Source: Chromera velia (taxonomy: Eukaryota). From it: a stretch of DNA of 59,142 nucleotides. A program made the translations under genes and the position numbers. The DNA lies in the NCBI GenBank assembly GCA_018398765.1, contig JAHBMJ010000018.1:1-59142 (forward strand), given 5' to 3'. This document shows, in pieces, positions 13,101 through 28,025 of this stretch. Position 1 is the stretch's first letter; the number at the start of each line of letters is the position of its first letter. The notes beneath the pieces were generated by a model. The model was not told where the DNA came from and ran no database searches. It was given only the letters and a program-made list of their open reading frames with translations.

Positions 13101-16100
13101 AGAGAGAGAGCTGTATTGTTGTCTGTTCCGCTATGGAGCTTGCCGTTCTGCATGCATGTGTCTGCGTCTCGGAAGGCTCACTGAAGCCGAAATCGAATAG
13201 CTATGATCAAAAAGGTGAATAATACACCATCTACCAAGGACAAAGGCCAAAAACCAATTTCATTGAATGCACGCCCATGCACTGACCCTGGCGACACCGT
13301 TGTAAGTGTGCATCGCCCGCACCCACATGCACATCGCCTCACAGGCCACCGAAGCTTTCTTGATGACTGCCGGCTGGAAGTCCTCCTTGTCGATGTACGG
13401 CCCGATCTTGGTTATGACGCTGTCGGGGATCTCGTCCTTCTCGTAGCCCATCAACTTCTCCAGAAGAAGCTTTGGGTCCTTGAGAAGTTTGGCCTGGGCA
13501 CTCTCCCAGTAGTCATCGATTTTCTTTCCGGGGTTGTCGGGGTCGTTCTTCTTTGTCGGTGCGACCTGAGGGGAGGAGAGAGACGTGCGCAGGGGACAAG
13601 AAGCAGAGGTGGTGACAATTGTTTTGGAGCCTTTATGCATTCTGTCTCGGTCACACTTCTATTGTACACCGTACACAGCATGGCTTCACACCCAATCTTG
13701 GAGAGCGCAGCTCAAAAAGACTTTTGGGACATGTGCAGATCAAAAGAATTCAGTCAACCGGCACTTGCTAGCATGCAGGAGAGTACAAAAGGTCAAAACA
13801 AAAGATGCACAAGTGTCAAAAAGGAAATCTGGTTTTACGGTCCACACAGATGGAAGCACAAGAAATCGGATGCGATTTGTGTACAGCTTTCTTGCTTGGG
13901 AGTCATGTCTGAATGCTCACAGACCGACCCGACCGACGGACCTGAAACATAATGCAGACTGCCTCCATGGTCAGACGCACACCAACAGGAGGTTTGCCGA
14001 GTGCTTTCACCTCTCGGATATGGTCGACCTTCAGACTCTTCAGACAGGCGACAGCTTCATCGAGGGCAGGGAGTGCCTTGTCCAGGTCTCTCTGTGCATC
14101 ATCCTTGATGGCCTGGGTGGCCTCTGCCTTGGTGGCTGCCTCGGACTCTTCCACAGCGACTGTGCCCTTGACGACTTCAGCATCCGCTTTATCCTTCTCG
14201 ATTTGAACCATCTGTACCTCCACGGCTTTCTGCGTCTTTTCAAGCTCAGGCTGCATGTTCTGAATCTTGATTTTCATTGCCTCCACGTCTCGCTCTGCAG
14301 CTGCGAGTTTGTCGAGACCGTTCTGGAACCTGTGCTGTTGCGTGGAGATCTCCTTTCTCTTCAGGGACAGGATATTTCGGAACGTCGAGAGAAGCTCCAG
14401 AAACGAGGTCGGCGTTACGTACACGTGCCTGCAAGGGCGAAGAGGTAACGCACACAATGGTATTTTTGTTCATGCGCAAAAGTGAGTACAAAACACTTCT
14501 GCCCACTCCGCTGACATCCAGGCATGTCCCTGCACAATCTATTCCTTCCGACTAACGGGTTTCCTGCGGAGCGGTTCCTCATTTCTTAGCGACGGAAGCA
14601 AAAGGAGGAATGGGGGAAGTCCGACAGAATCAAAAGGAATGGTAACAAAGAGTGGACAGAAAATGCTTCAACTTGTCGGATGTCACTGGCACCACCATCT
14701 TTTCTCTCCTACCTTCCCCTTGCCCCTTTCGCCCATTCATACCTTCTCTGATCACTCTTGTACTTCACTGCAGAATGCTCCACTGTCTGATGGATCGTCT
14801 TGAAAAGGTTCAAAACGCCCTCGAGCTTTGGAAGCTGGAGGTCCACACCCTGCGTGAGCTGTTGCTTGGCAACTGAGTACAGTGCTTCTGCTGGCCACTC
14901 CGAGAACCAATCGATGGTGCAACAGTTGACAAGAGACGGGAACATTCGGAGACGGGTTCTGAACATCTCGCCCAAAGGAGACATGGCCAGAATCATGTGG
15001 AGGTTCGATTTGACTCTCTTCAGGTAGGAAGAGAAGATGTTCGTCTTCGTTGGTTGAAGTCCGGCTGCCACGCAGAGAGGGCGGCATGCTGTGATGATGT
15101 TGTCCATGTCCTCGTTCTTGTACAGATTTGGGATGTCTCCCGAATTCAAAATGTTGTTGATGTCTTCCAACATGGTTTCTCTCACAATCTGCAGGCGTAA
15201 GCCCAAAACAGAAATTTGTGTGAAGAGACAAAACAACAGGATCTCCGAAAGTGACAGAAAAATTACCTGAGATGAAGACAGACTGTATGAAATCAGGCTA
15301 CCTTTACACATGCGACAAAGGAAATCGTTGCTCATTTCCGCGTTCTTTCCCGATCCCTTTTTATTGAACTGACCTGTGTGTCGACGAAAACAAAGGAGGT
15401 GATCTTGTCCTCCACACCGCACTTCAACAGCACACTCTTCAGATCGTCTCTCCACTCCGAAGGTCCGTAGGACTTCGTGACTTCAATCTGGAAGATCGCC
15501 GAGTCCATCAGATGGGATGCCAACCTGGAGAGAGACTGTCGGCCCGACCCACCCACACCCAGTAGAAGACAGTTCCCAGAAGGCTGACGGAGCACTCTGC
15601 AAATTCGAGAGACGTGCTCACATGCGTCGAGGAACATGACCAGTGGCATCTGGACTGCGGACATCGAGTTGTAGTCCTCCAATCCTTCCTCGATCGTCGT
15701 CTTCATCTTCGGCATGTCTGTGATTTCTTCATACAGCTTGTTCTCGCCCTGTTGGAGGAAATCACCGAAGATGAGTCGTTCGTGGATGAACACTTTCTTT
15801 TCTGCTTCCTCAATCAGTCCCGCCTCGGAGAAATGCCGTTTGCACATCTCCAGCAGGAGGTCCTTCAGCCATCCCCTGTCCTTGTCGTCAATCAGACGAT
15901 CTCCAAAAACACGGGAGCACTCGTGGACCCACCCACGCAGGACGCCGTCAGGGGCCGTGATGGATTTTGGCTTCAGAGAGCAGACGCCTTGGAAGACCTT
16001 CCAGATGTCTCGAAGGTTGAACGTGTAGTGACTCTTCGAGGGGGTTGGCAGAAGTTCCCTCAAAATCGTCTGGAAAACTTCCAACGTCGACGCAACCAGA

Positions 16101-19100
16101 GCCTGACTTAGTTTCTGCAAAACGAAAGAAAGGGAACAAGGGGGGACATCATGTACTGTGATTTTAGGACATTTGCACACAAACATAGTGTCACTCCAAC
16201 AATTGTCCCTGCCGTCTAGAACAACAGGAAGACCGTGAGACGGCGATGCAATTAACAAGGGTGGTACAAATGACGAGGATGCAAGGCTCAAGTCCATTCA
16301 ACTTCACGTGACTTTCTCCCTTCTCTTTCTCTCTTGCCCACCATGACCAACCTGGACATTTTCAGGGAAAGTCTGGAAGAAGTAATTGCACATCGTCGAG
16401 AAGATGGTCATGATCGCGGCGTCACTGATGTCGCAATAGGCGAGCACATTGTAGTGTCTCACAAGTCTGTTGGTGATGAACGTGCGCCCGCCCCCAGGGG
16501 GTCCCATTGCTGCGAGCATCTGGATGTCCACGATCTCCCTGAAGGACAGCTCCTTTCGGTCATACCTGCATGCACTCTCTCATGCATTCATTGCAAATTT
16601 GGATGAATTCAACAAAAGACGGAGCGGAGCAGGTTGGGGGACAAGCAGCAAGACACTTACAGGTAGGCAGACGGACATATAAACAAACAATTAGAGAGGA
16701 CACACACAGAGACACAGGGACACAGATGGAAGGATCTACGACTGACTGACCATCCCCCGTAGTCGAACCACTGTCTGAGAAGCTCCAGAGGTGGCTGAGC
16801 TCCGTACTCTTCCTTCTTCGGCATGTTCAGGTCATCCACGAACACCACGAACACCTTTCCGACCGGAGGCCCGAAGACACCCTTTCTCCTCTTCTCCATC
16901 TTTGCATCCAGCATGTCCTGCATTCATTCACTCAAGGAGAAGGGGAAAAGTAAACAATGACTAGAAAGATTTCTTGCGATTGCTGCAAAACCTTGTCGAA
17001 CAGAGGAGTGGGCGAAGAAACGTCCAAAACGGCCACGAGCTAGCAATTTCTTCACTACCTCAATGAACACCTTCTTTCCCGGGCACATTTTCCTCTTGCG
17101 TGAACTTTGCCACAGTGCATACAGGCTTATCGAAAAACGGTTTTCAAGCCGTGTGATGCAGTCACCAAAAATACGAGTACTTTGACGTCCGGACCTGAGT
17201 CTGGTTCTCGGACGTCTGGGCGGAGAAGGTCACATTCACGCTCTGGTACTTATCAGGTGCGCCCCGAGCGAGCCACTCCTCGACGTTGACCGTCTTTCCT
17301 GTACCTGTGGGACCAGGCATCAGGCAGTGGAAACCGTTCTTGAGGAGAGTGGTGAAGATGAAAGAATTTCGGATGGAGTCCTGGGTGGGGACCATGATGC
17401 CCTCGTAAGTCGCGTTGTTGGGAACAGAGTACGCCCCCCCGACGTCGTTCCATGTCGACCAGCTGCCTCCGTCCTCCATGGAGTAACAGAAGTCGTACAG
17501 AGACGCCGTGCCCTCAGCCACACCAGGGATGGTGACCTTGAGAGAGTCTTGAGTCTTCATTCTTTCCAAAATATGGGCATTCAGCTTCTTTCTCTCGGGC
17601 TCTGAATGCAGAAAAACAGAGAGAGGCAAGATTAAGATCACTGGATGAATGATGTGAAGTGAGACTCGTTCAAGGCATAGACACTGTGAAGTGGACTTCA
17701 CAGACAAAATTTTTCATTTTTCTAGATGCCGTCCCCTTTTGCGTGTGTTTATAGACAACCCGAAACACCATCTGTACGAGTCCCACAGAGATTTCACCAA
17801 CAATTCGGTTCTTTGTGTTTTCTTTCTTTCATGCCGACTGGCTGACCGAGGGTGGTTGCTCCCACAGACCACATGAGCGCAAAGAGGAAGATGTTGGGAA
17901 TGTGCTTGGGAATTTCCTCAATTTCTTCCTTGGTCGGGGGTTTTCTCTCTGGAGAGATTTTGAATCTGTTCAAGAAACAGTCCATCAGTCTCAGACAAGA
18001 CGCACAGAGGTTGTTGTCTCGGGTCGGCGTCACCTGCAATCAGTCAAGCGTTCGGCGTCGGCACAATCGTAACGGCAGTGATTGCGGTCGAAGTGATGCT
18101 GGATTCTGGAGCAGGAAGGAACGAAAACAGGGGATGAAGTCACACTCGTGTGTGTCATAAAAGACAGAGATACGCTGATGGAAGCAATTTGCAAGCACAG
18201 CCTACAGTATGAGAAACAGCCGCTGACGCGGTTATGCTGCTCCATGAGGATCACATGGTTGCATGTTCTGCCCTTCCCTTCTAACCTCTTTTGAGTTTCT
18301 CCGCACGAAGGTGATAGCGTCCCCGATGAAGTACATTCCAAGCTCCTTCAACTTGGCTTTGACTTTGTCGTTGATTGCCGGAGCAAGTCTCTCCAGCCAG
18401 GAGTCGATCAGAGGCTCGAGCCCGAACGCTTCGGGCTCCATGTAGACCATTCCACATCGAGAGACTGTGGCTGGTGACGCCACTGTCAGATCCTCCACCT
18501 CGAACATCATCGTCATGTGGGCAGTCAGGGCAATGATCTCTCCCGAGTTCAGGCAGAGCTTCTTGTTATCGTCCAGCACCGTGTTCATGTTCTCAATCCA
18601 CACAGCGTCGACTGGCCCGTCAAACATCACCCAGTGCTTGTCGACTGACGTGTCTCGAGTGCACAGCCTGAGTGATTCAAAAGAGGAAGCCCAAGGAAAA
18701 AAAGATTCACGAAAGAGAGACAGAAAAACGGCATCAACTGCGATCAGAGAAGGAAAGGAAGAGAGACGGAGCCAGGCAGCATGGGAAAAAAAGATAAGAG
18801 TCAGGGGACGAATCAGCAAATGAGGTGTTCAGTGAACTTGATTGGCACCCTTTCTTTTCATGGCACTCTTTCTTTTCGAATCAGCAAATGACACTCTTTT
18901 CTTTTCATCGTCCGACCCTCCTCTAATCAACCTGTCTTACTCGATATGGAAGAGACTGACCTCATCAGTGCCGCCAAAACGCCGTCAGTCCACTCGTGTG
19001 TGATCTCGTCAAACATACCGTACAGCTGACCCATCTTGATGGACTTCGGGTTCAGGATGTGCGTGTGCACAGTCTCACACCCATTTGCGCCCTTCAGTTT

Positions 19101-22100
19101 CGTCATGGACTCCTGCAGAACTCTGTAGTTGCAGGTCTTCCCTCCTCCCGTCGGACCCACAAGCATGAGACCGTGACGGACCTGGCATGTGTCGAACAAC
19201 TGGATGACCTTCATGACGAAAGGATCGACAGGCTGAAGGTGCGAGTGGGTGCACCTCTCCCTGATCGTCACTTCCAGATCTCCGTAGTCAATTTGGGGTT
19301 TCTCTGTGTCTGGGAACAGATCCGAGATGATATTCTCGAACAGAGGGAGATCGTCCTTGAGGAATTTCGGGACGTTCACATCTCGGAGGGCGCGCAGGAG
19401 GAGCTGCTGCTCGTCCATGTCTGCACAGAGAGAGCATCCAAGACAGGGAAATGAGTTCTTCTCCCATGGGTTCTGCATAAATGACCTTAGCCAAACTAAA
19501 CCAAGATGTGTACAATGAGTATGAACAGGCAATCAAATAAAAAAACAGGCCCCTTGCACTTTCCACGTACAGATCGAAGTTGAGGAAAGGCAAAAGGCCC
19601 GTCTCTACTTGCACTGACTGACTGACTGACTGACTGACTCGGGAACTGTCGTTTCAGAAGACCGGCAGCGTTAATCACAGAACGCACGGCGCGCATTCCG
19701 TAATCGTAGTGATCTTGTGCGGACAGCTGCTCTGAGCAGAGCTTGAAGGTGGCCACTTTCTTCTTTGCGAGGTCACGCGCCGCCTCGAACCCGAATGAAT
19801 ACAGCATGATTTCTCCGATGAGAGCGTAGTCGGGAACCATCATCGCCATGGGACGGAAGAGAGCCTTCAAGTTATCGGGCAGCTCGGTACGTCCGGCGTA
19901 TCTGCAGGATCGGCGGAGGGCATTCAAGTGGGGCATGATGCGATTGCATGGATATGTGCAGCAGTTTAATTCAGATGCACAGAATAGGGTCAAAATAGAG
20001 TCCCTTTTCCGTCTTTTGCCTTCCAGGTAATGACGTTACCTTTCCTCATTCCATTCACTGCACAGCGTCTAGATAGACCACCAACATGTCTGATTTGACT
20101 GACGTCTGCATATTCAGTCAACCTCTGCTTCTGGCTTCCCCCCCCCCTCCCCCCCCAACTGCTGCAGTGACTGACCCTGGGTTCATGGTGATGAAGACGT
20201 TGAAGGTCGGGTACATTCTGATCAGAGAGCCCTCAAATTCGACCTCCGTCGAGTCGTTGAATCCCTTCAGCTTGTGCTTTGCGCCGAAGAGGATAAGCAG
20301 CTGTTGGGCAATCACCGACAACACCTGCAAAACACACACAAAAAGAGACAGGGACACGTTTGCTGTTTCTGAGAGAAGATTTTGCTACTTCACTTTTGTT
20401 TCGAAGATTTTTCGCTTTGCAAGGACTTTGCCAATTTATACTCCGACTTCCTCTCTCTCGCCCGCCGCTTTTCCCATCCTTTCCCCCTCACCCCCACCTC
20501 AACTGTTCCCCCTGACCGACCTCAATGTTGATACGGTTGAACTCATCGAAGCACACCCAGGCGCCGCTGCTTGCAAGGCCCTTGAAGAATTTGCCCACCA
20601 TGATGTAGTCCATCATATCTGAGCAGTTGAACACCACGCACTGTCTTGCGAGTGCCTTTGCAAGATCCTTGGTGGTCTCGGTCTTTCCTGTTCCTGCGGG
20701 GCCTGCCGGGGCCCCTCCGAGGTTCAGCTGCTGGGCACCCATCAGGGTGATGTAGCACATGTCCGTCAGAGGCGTAATCACCAGACGCATGGTGTTGCCC
20801 AGGTACTCGTACCCATACGGGAAGTTTGTCTGCAGCATAGGTCGTATGAAGATCCAGCAAGAGTGTTACCGCGGAAGACGGTTGTGAATGGAGGACGCAA
20901 CGCACGAATTTTGTGTTTTAAGGAAGTCGACCCTTCCATTTCTCCTCTCGCTCGAACACAATGAACAATAGACAGACTTAGAATTTGTCGCTTCAACTGT
21001 GTTTGCTATGTTCTTCTTTCTTTAGTCCCCCCCTTCCATGGCTTTTGTTTGTGCGTGAACGGTTGTAATCCGACCCTCCCTCTCTGACCTGCACGCACTG
21101 GCACCAGCAGTCGTCGTCTCTCCAGTAGTACCGCAGCTGGGAGATCCACTCGAAGGAGTCGGTCGTCCTCACGTCCTCCAGGACAAGCTTCTCCACAACG
21201 TCCTTGGCGTGCACGTCAATCACAATCAGGGCACCGACAGTGATGCTCTCCATCTTAGCGAGACCTTCTCGGACGAGGGCGACCTGCGCGATGAAAGGGG
21301 GGATCCATTTCGTCATTTGTGTTGCTTGTAATATGGAACAAAAGGTATTCAAGAAGCACATGTGTCGCTTTCTGCTCTGACTGTTCATGGAGTGCACACC
21401 AGCGATAGGCAGACATCAGCAGTAGAGTTGTGAGTGTTTCAAAAATCGGTGGTACAGAAAAAAGGGCAACTGAGAAGGAGTGAATTTAGATTTGGGCTTG
21501 TCTGACGGCTTTGTGTCTACTCATCGGTCTGTGTCTGTCGGAACGGCTGAATGATTAAATGACCCACTGACTTCTTTGTTAGTCATACAAACGACTGCTT
21601 AGCTGACCATATCCATCAGTTGGTCCTTCAAGAAGTCGAAGTACTTCTTCACCTCGTGGCCGTCGATGGCTTCCTCGACCTCCGAAGTCCAGTGGACCTG
21701 CGAGCCGTTCAGGACGCACTGGCCAGGATGGCACAGGACCCACTTCCGTCTGGGCTTGGTGGGGTAGTCCTGGATTGATTTGTCCAGAACCTCCCTGATG
21801 CCCATCTTCATCGCGTTCTCCGTGTCTGTCATCCAGATCTGTGAGCAGACAGGCAAGTAGGCAGGGACGGAAGCGACAGATATTCGAGGAAAAAGCGGAA
21901 CAGAAAACGACAACAGAAAACACACACAGAGGGCCACAGATGCAGATTATCATCTCGAGCAGAAACAGAGATTCCACATGGGAAAGGGTACTGAGCCCCC
22001 CGTTGAACTTGAAGAAAGAGAAACGACGGAGAGTGAATTGTACTGGTAAAGTCGACATCAAGTTGCTTGAGCCTGCTGAGCACAACGTACCTCCACATTT

Positions 22101-25100
22101 TTCTCCTTCGTTTGCACGGGAGTGACGAAGGGGACCTTCTCGCCCTCTCCGGAGTACATCGCAGTGGCAGAGAGGTCGGGTTCGAATTCGAGTTTGGCCA
22201 TGGCCTCGAAGACCTTCTTGAGGAAGGGCTGGACTCTGGTCGGGTCTTTGGTCTGAGAGAGAATTTCCAGAAGCTCCTCGTCGGAAAGGAAGTAGAAACG
22301 AGCAAAGGCTGCTCTTTTGGTCTCCAGATAATCAGAGAGACCCTTCTGCACGATGTCAAGAGACTTGTTGGCATCCTGAAATCTCTCCAAGAGCCCATCG
22401 CCCTGAGTGCAGATTGAGAGAACGTTCGGGTTGTCGTGGGTCTTCTTCATCGTGGACCTCCACATTTGGTCAATGGCCTTGAAGCGTTTGCCCTCAGCAG
22501 GCAGCTGCTTCATGATATCGGGTGAATCGAAGATGGGCTGCAGGTACAGCCAGGCTCTCTGGCACTTCAGCCATTCATCCATTGTCTCAGACACCTGCAC
22601 ACAGAGAGAGACACAGGAGTGACACGGTGTAGATTTATAGCAAAAGAATAAACACAAAACACAGGAAGAGATGATGAGAGCCGAATTTAATGTGTCTCTT
22701 CGGACAACACCGTCCTTTTGGATTTCTCCATACAGTTGTGTGCCACTTCCTTCAGGCCTGGCACTCCGACTGGGACACCTTGACTGAAAGCGACATCCCT
22801 CCGGAGACCGATACCCCAACAAACAAACAGAAACAGAGAGACCTACCAGGAGCAGCTGAGTGGACCACTCCTCGATTTCCTCCTCGAATGGTTTCTTGAA
22901 TGTCGAGAATTGCATCGCCTGGGTGGTGACGACGTGCTCGTCCAGGGCGGCCTGCACTCACGCATCCACACATCCATTTGTTAGGCATTTGTGCACTGAT
23001 TTAGGTATCTATCGAGATTTGGTGAGCCAGTCAAGAGCAGAAGGGCATGTTCTTCCGGTTATAAAGTCGTGTGAAACAAAGTGGAGGGGGGTGGAACAGA
23101 CAGACAGTCTGACTGGCCGACACATCGACACATCGACACACCAACGTACCTGCACGATGTCTGTTCCCTTGAGGATGTACGTGTCGGTGCTTCTGTATTT
23201 CTCTTTGCAGTCGAACTGGATCCTCTCCCACTCTCTCTTCATTCCACGGAGCTGCTTCTCTATGCCATACTCCTTTCCTGCCTTCTCTCCGATCTCCTGG
23301 ATGTCCTCTGCGTACTTGTCCAGACCCAGGTCCAGCAGATGACGAAGGGTGAAATTGTCCATCTCCGGCTTGATCTCGACCTGGACAGTGCCAGAGACAG
23401 CTTCGGACACCTGCACATGTGTGTAAAATCCGGAGTCAGTGCGTTTCTCTCTTTAAAAAAAAATGCAAATACAACAGGAAAACTACCCTCTGGTTGTGGA
23501 CATTCGTGAGATTAGGCGGAAAAAGAAACAGGACTTGCATGTGTCCCTCCTGCCAACCGTTTGGCGATGCTTTTCGGATCACACGTTCGTCTCGAGTTTG
23601 TCTGACTGACTGACCTGAGTCCAGTGCCTCTCCCTCATTCCGTCGTTCCTCAGACCCAACACCAGAGGCACGTACGGTTTGAAGGCCTCGAGGTCTCCCT
23701 TGAGTTTCTCTGCAATCTTGAGGACTTCCGTCATCTCCTTCTCTCTGAACTGACGGGCGACCTTGAACATATTCTTGACTCCAGATGTCACCTGCACAGA
23801 GGTGGCCAGGTTGGACAGAGGAAAACATCAGTGCGTGTGGGCATGTTGCAGAGAAGGGAATGGGAAGCTGGTAGAGAAACGGAAGTGCCTTCTACCATCA
23901 TTGCAGGCGTTGAAAAGCACTTCTTGCTGCTATGCGTTATGCGGGGTAATCAGGAAGAATGGCAGAGAGAAAGCCGGAGAGAGGGACAGGGGATGAGTAG
24001 AGAGCTGACCATCTCTTCCATTTCTGGGGCGTTGATGTCCTGGAATGGTCCGTCCTTCCACTCCTTCTCGTTGTTCAACCAGGCGTATGTGGTCTTCCAG
24101 AGGATGGACAGAGGCTCGAAGTCCTTGAGGATCTTTTGGAGACGGGTGTAGTCCGTTGTGGCCTTTCCGAACAGACCCTCTCTTGAGTTGAACTCTCGAG
24201 AAGAGTTCACACAGTTGGCCAAACGCTCGTTGACAGACTCCACGTTCTGGTAAATCTCCTCGATCTGCAGTAAACACAAGGAAGGGGGACGAATCGTGGA
24301 GACAGGAGACCAGAAAGGAGAGAGAATGGTTCTCTTGGTCGTGACATTTTTGCGTAAAGTTCCTACTTTTGTTTGTATCGAAGAGCACGTGGGCAAAGAG
24401 CGAAAGCAATCACGCACTGAGAGCAAAAGAGCAACGAAAAGACGCATACACATATGCGTTAGCATGTACGAGAAGGTTTTCCTTTGCTTTGTTTAGTTGA
24501 CTCTCTGACACACAGATCAACTGACTGACTGACCTCCTCGATCTTGGTGTAGTTCTTGTGGAATTCTGCCACTGTGGTCTCGAGGTCGTTGAGGGTCTCC
24601 TCGAATTCTGTCTGTTGTGCAGTCATGGCCTGCAGGAATGTCTCCTTCTGCTTCTCCAGCTGTGCGTCGACCTTCTGCATCAACTCGACGGCCTGCTTGG
24701 GAGATCCAAACATCTGCCAGAGGGTCGTGTTGTCCTCCGCAGTGATCTTGTACCTGCATTCACTCACTCACTCACTCACTCACTCTCTCACTCACTCACT
24801 CACTCACTCACTCACTCACTCATCGAGAGAAAATCCAGAGGTGGGCTTTTCATCCCTCCTGCATGGATCCCCGTCTGTGTTCTTGTAGGTGATTGTCTGT
24901 CAGTCACCTACTTTGCCTGTCCACCTGTCCGCCTGTCTGTCTCTGTGTGCGCTTTCTTGTTTTTGTGTATCTATATGCATCGGTCTGCCTGCGTGCACGG
25001 ATAGATGGTTGTTTTTCTTTCCTGTTGACTGACTTGAATCCCTCCAGAATGGTGGAGATGCGGAGGTTGTCTTCGAGCTCCTTCTGGAGGTTGGCCACCT

Positions 25101-27258
25101 CGATAGGGACCTTCCCGAGGTAGTCCTTCAAGTCAGACAGAGCTTCGATGTTCTCAGGCTGCTGCTTCAGCTTCACGTGAATCTTCGCGAAGTGGTCCAG
25201 GACGTTCGCGGAGTTCTCCTTCATGCGGGCAGCCAGGACGTCCTGGAGAAGGGATGCCACCTGGAGGCACGCAGAGTAGGGAATGAGAGAGGAAGGGGGG
25301 GGGGACATTTTGTGATCTTACCGATTTAAATGGTTCTCTTGCAGGTTGTTTGTCTGTGCGAGCGAGTTTCCCTTTCCGAATCAAAACACAGAAACCAAAT
25401 CGACGCGTCGGGTACCGTCATTGCTGAATTTATTCTTTTATTTCTGTCTTTCCTTCTCTGGTTCCCTTCTTTGTTCTTCAGCTCACCTGGGTCAGTTTGC
25501 CTGCAAGAAACTTTCTGATGTCTCTGCAGACGACCTGGAAGATTCCCACATCACAGGTCTCGGGGATTGTGTCGAGGAGTTTTTGTTCCTCTGCGAGGTG
25601 CTCCTCAATCTTCTTCTTGATCTCTTCCACTTCCACGGGGGGCTCCTCCATCTCAAGTGCCTTCACCTTCGCCTGCAGAGTCAAAGAAAGTGCATGTCGA
25701 GTGAGCGAAGCAGGAAGAAAGCACGTGCAACCGCACATACATAAACACAGATACACATAATGTATAGGCCTCGCGATGAGCCTCCTTTTCATCTCGTCGA
25801 CAATTGATTGTCAATTGATTGTGTTATTGTCGAGCAGAAGGCCGTCGAAGGGGCTCGACAAGCTCCCTGAATCATGCATGTTGAACATCTATCCAAAGAA
25901 TAGCTGAGAGAACTGAACTGACTGGAGGGTCGAGAGCCAGAACAGAGCTGTACTGTGCGAAGAGTTCGAGGTATGCCTGGAGAGGGGGAATGGACTTTGC
26001 GAGTCCCTCCTCGAGTCTGGCTGTGGCCTCGACAACGAAGGGCTCATCCAGAGACACCTGCAGGAATCGATCAATCAATCAAACATATATCATCAATCAA
26101 TCAATCAATCAATTAATCAATCAGTGGATGACTTAAGTGACTAAATGAACCAAAGAGCGACTTAATGGACCGATGAGTGGATACAGACGAGAGAGGATAA
26201 GAAGAAGGAAAAGAGAGCAAAAAGGGAGCAGGAGCAGGAAACAGAACCAGAGAAATAATCGAAGCATGACAGAGACACCTATAGAATAAACTGGTGAAAA
26301 GGAAAAAGAACCTGAGTGTTGGGGTGTGTGCACATGCAATCGACCCAACGTACCGCCGCGAGAACCAATTTGGGTTGTGTTCTGAAGAGGTGTTTGAGGA
26401 TTTGTCTCTCAGGTTGGGTGATGTCTCCCAGAGCCTGCACGCCCTTCTTGAAGAGCTCCAGAGTCTCGTCGATGAGGACCTTGGGGTCAGTGAGAAATTT
26501 GAACTCAAGCTGTCCACCCTCACCGCCCCCCTCTGTTGCGGCTGCTTGTGCCTTTCCCATTTCCACTGTGAAGAGGCAAAACCTCTCAGAAGGTCCGTTC
26601 TCTTGGGGGATGAAGGGAGTGCTGCAAAATGAACAACCAGGAACAACAGAAGTAAGTTGGTTCTATTGATAGATACTTTCTACAGATTCCTCATCACTGC
26701 ACTGGATCGCTTCAACGACAATAGTGCCCCTTTCCGTCGCACCATAAAGCGACACGTCGCTAATTGTGCGGCTGCCTTTTTACTGACTCTCACGCTCTCA
26801 GTCGCACTCTTGCTGACTCACTCAACAGCTCACAGACTGACTCGTAGGTGTTGCATACATCCTGGACCCCCTTCACCTCTGTGGCAGAGGGGATGAACTT
26901 CTCGATCACCTCAACGAACTTGGCGACAGATGCGATCGTCACGCTGCGAATGGTGTCCTGCAGACAGAGGGAGGAAAAGAAACGTAACTAAATCCGCCCA
27001 GCCGACCAAAAATACAAAGACGTTCGACAAAGACGTTCGAGACGCAAACTGACAGCAAGCATCATGATCAAAAGCTCTCCTGACAGCGCACCCTCCCATA
27101 CCTAAGCTCCCGGTATTACTTCCTCTCTTCCTCCGTTTTCTCTTCATCTGTCACACGCGCAGGCAGACTCTCCTTTCATCCGTTGATTAGCGTGACACAC
27201 ACACACACACACACACACACACATTCACACACACACATTCACACACACACACACACAC

Positions 27259-27296
<38 letters not shown>

Positions 27297-27965
27297 GCAT
27301 CATGAATCGCACCACGTTGAGGTATTTCTTCAATTTGCCGAACTCGTACGTCTCCTTGTTTGTCTCCTGCAGGCACAAGAAAAGAAACGGGGGAGAGATG
27401 GTTTCACTTCATTTCAAAACGTTGCCTGATAAAAATGTGGAACTGCGCATCGAAGCGCCAGAGCATTGATTGCCCGAAATGGTCAGGCAGCTTATCCATA
27501 TCAAACATGGCCGCCGTCCAATGCAAATTCTGTCAGAGCCTCCAACGTCTCTTCCTTATTTTCTCCGTTCTTTTTTCTCCTCACCAACTGCCCTGGAGAA
27601 AACCTCAGTGAAGAACGAAAGGCGCAAAGGAAGCTCAACGAATCAAGCTCACAAACCGACAAAAACACAACCAACAAGACAAAGAGACGAAGACAAAAAT
27701 AGAGGCAGAAAAAAAAGCCGGACCCGTCGAACCTACCTGCATGTTGAACCATCCTCTTCCCACGTTCTCGAAATGCCTCACGATCAGCCTCTGCACCTGT
27801 TGACTCCACGTGTCCTTCAGTGCGTACTGTGCCTGGCTGATGGCCGTCTTCTCGATCTGTCTGTACTCATCCAGACGGAGAGGCTGCAGACGATGCGGAA
27901 GCACAATCGATTTAATCCATGTGGACGCGCTGCAAAGGATTGGGCCTACCGGCACTGGGCTCACC

Positions 27966-28025
<60 letters not shown>
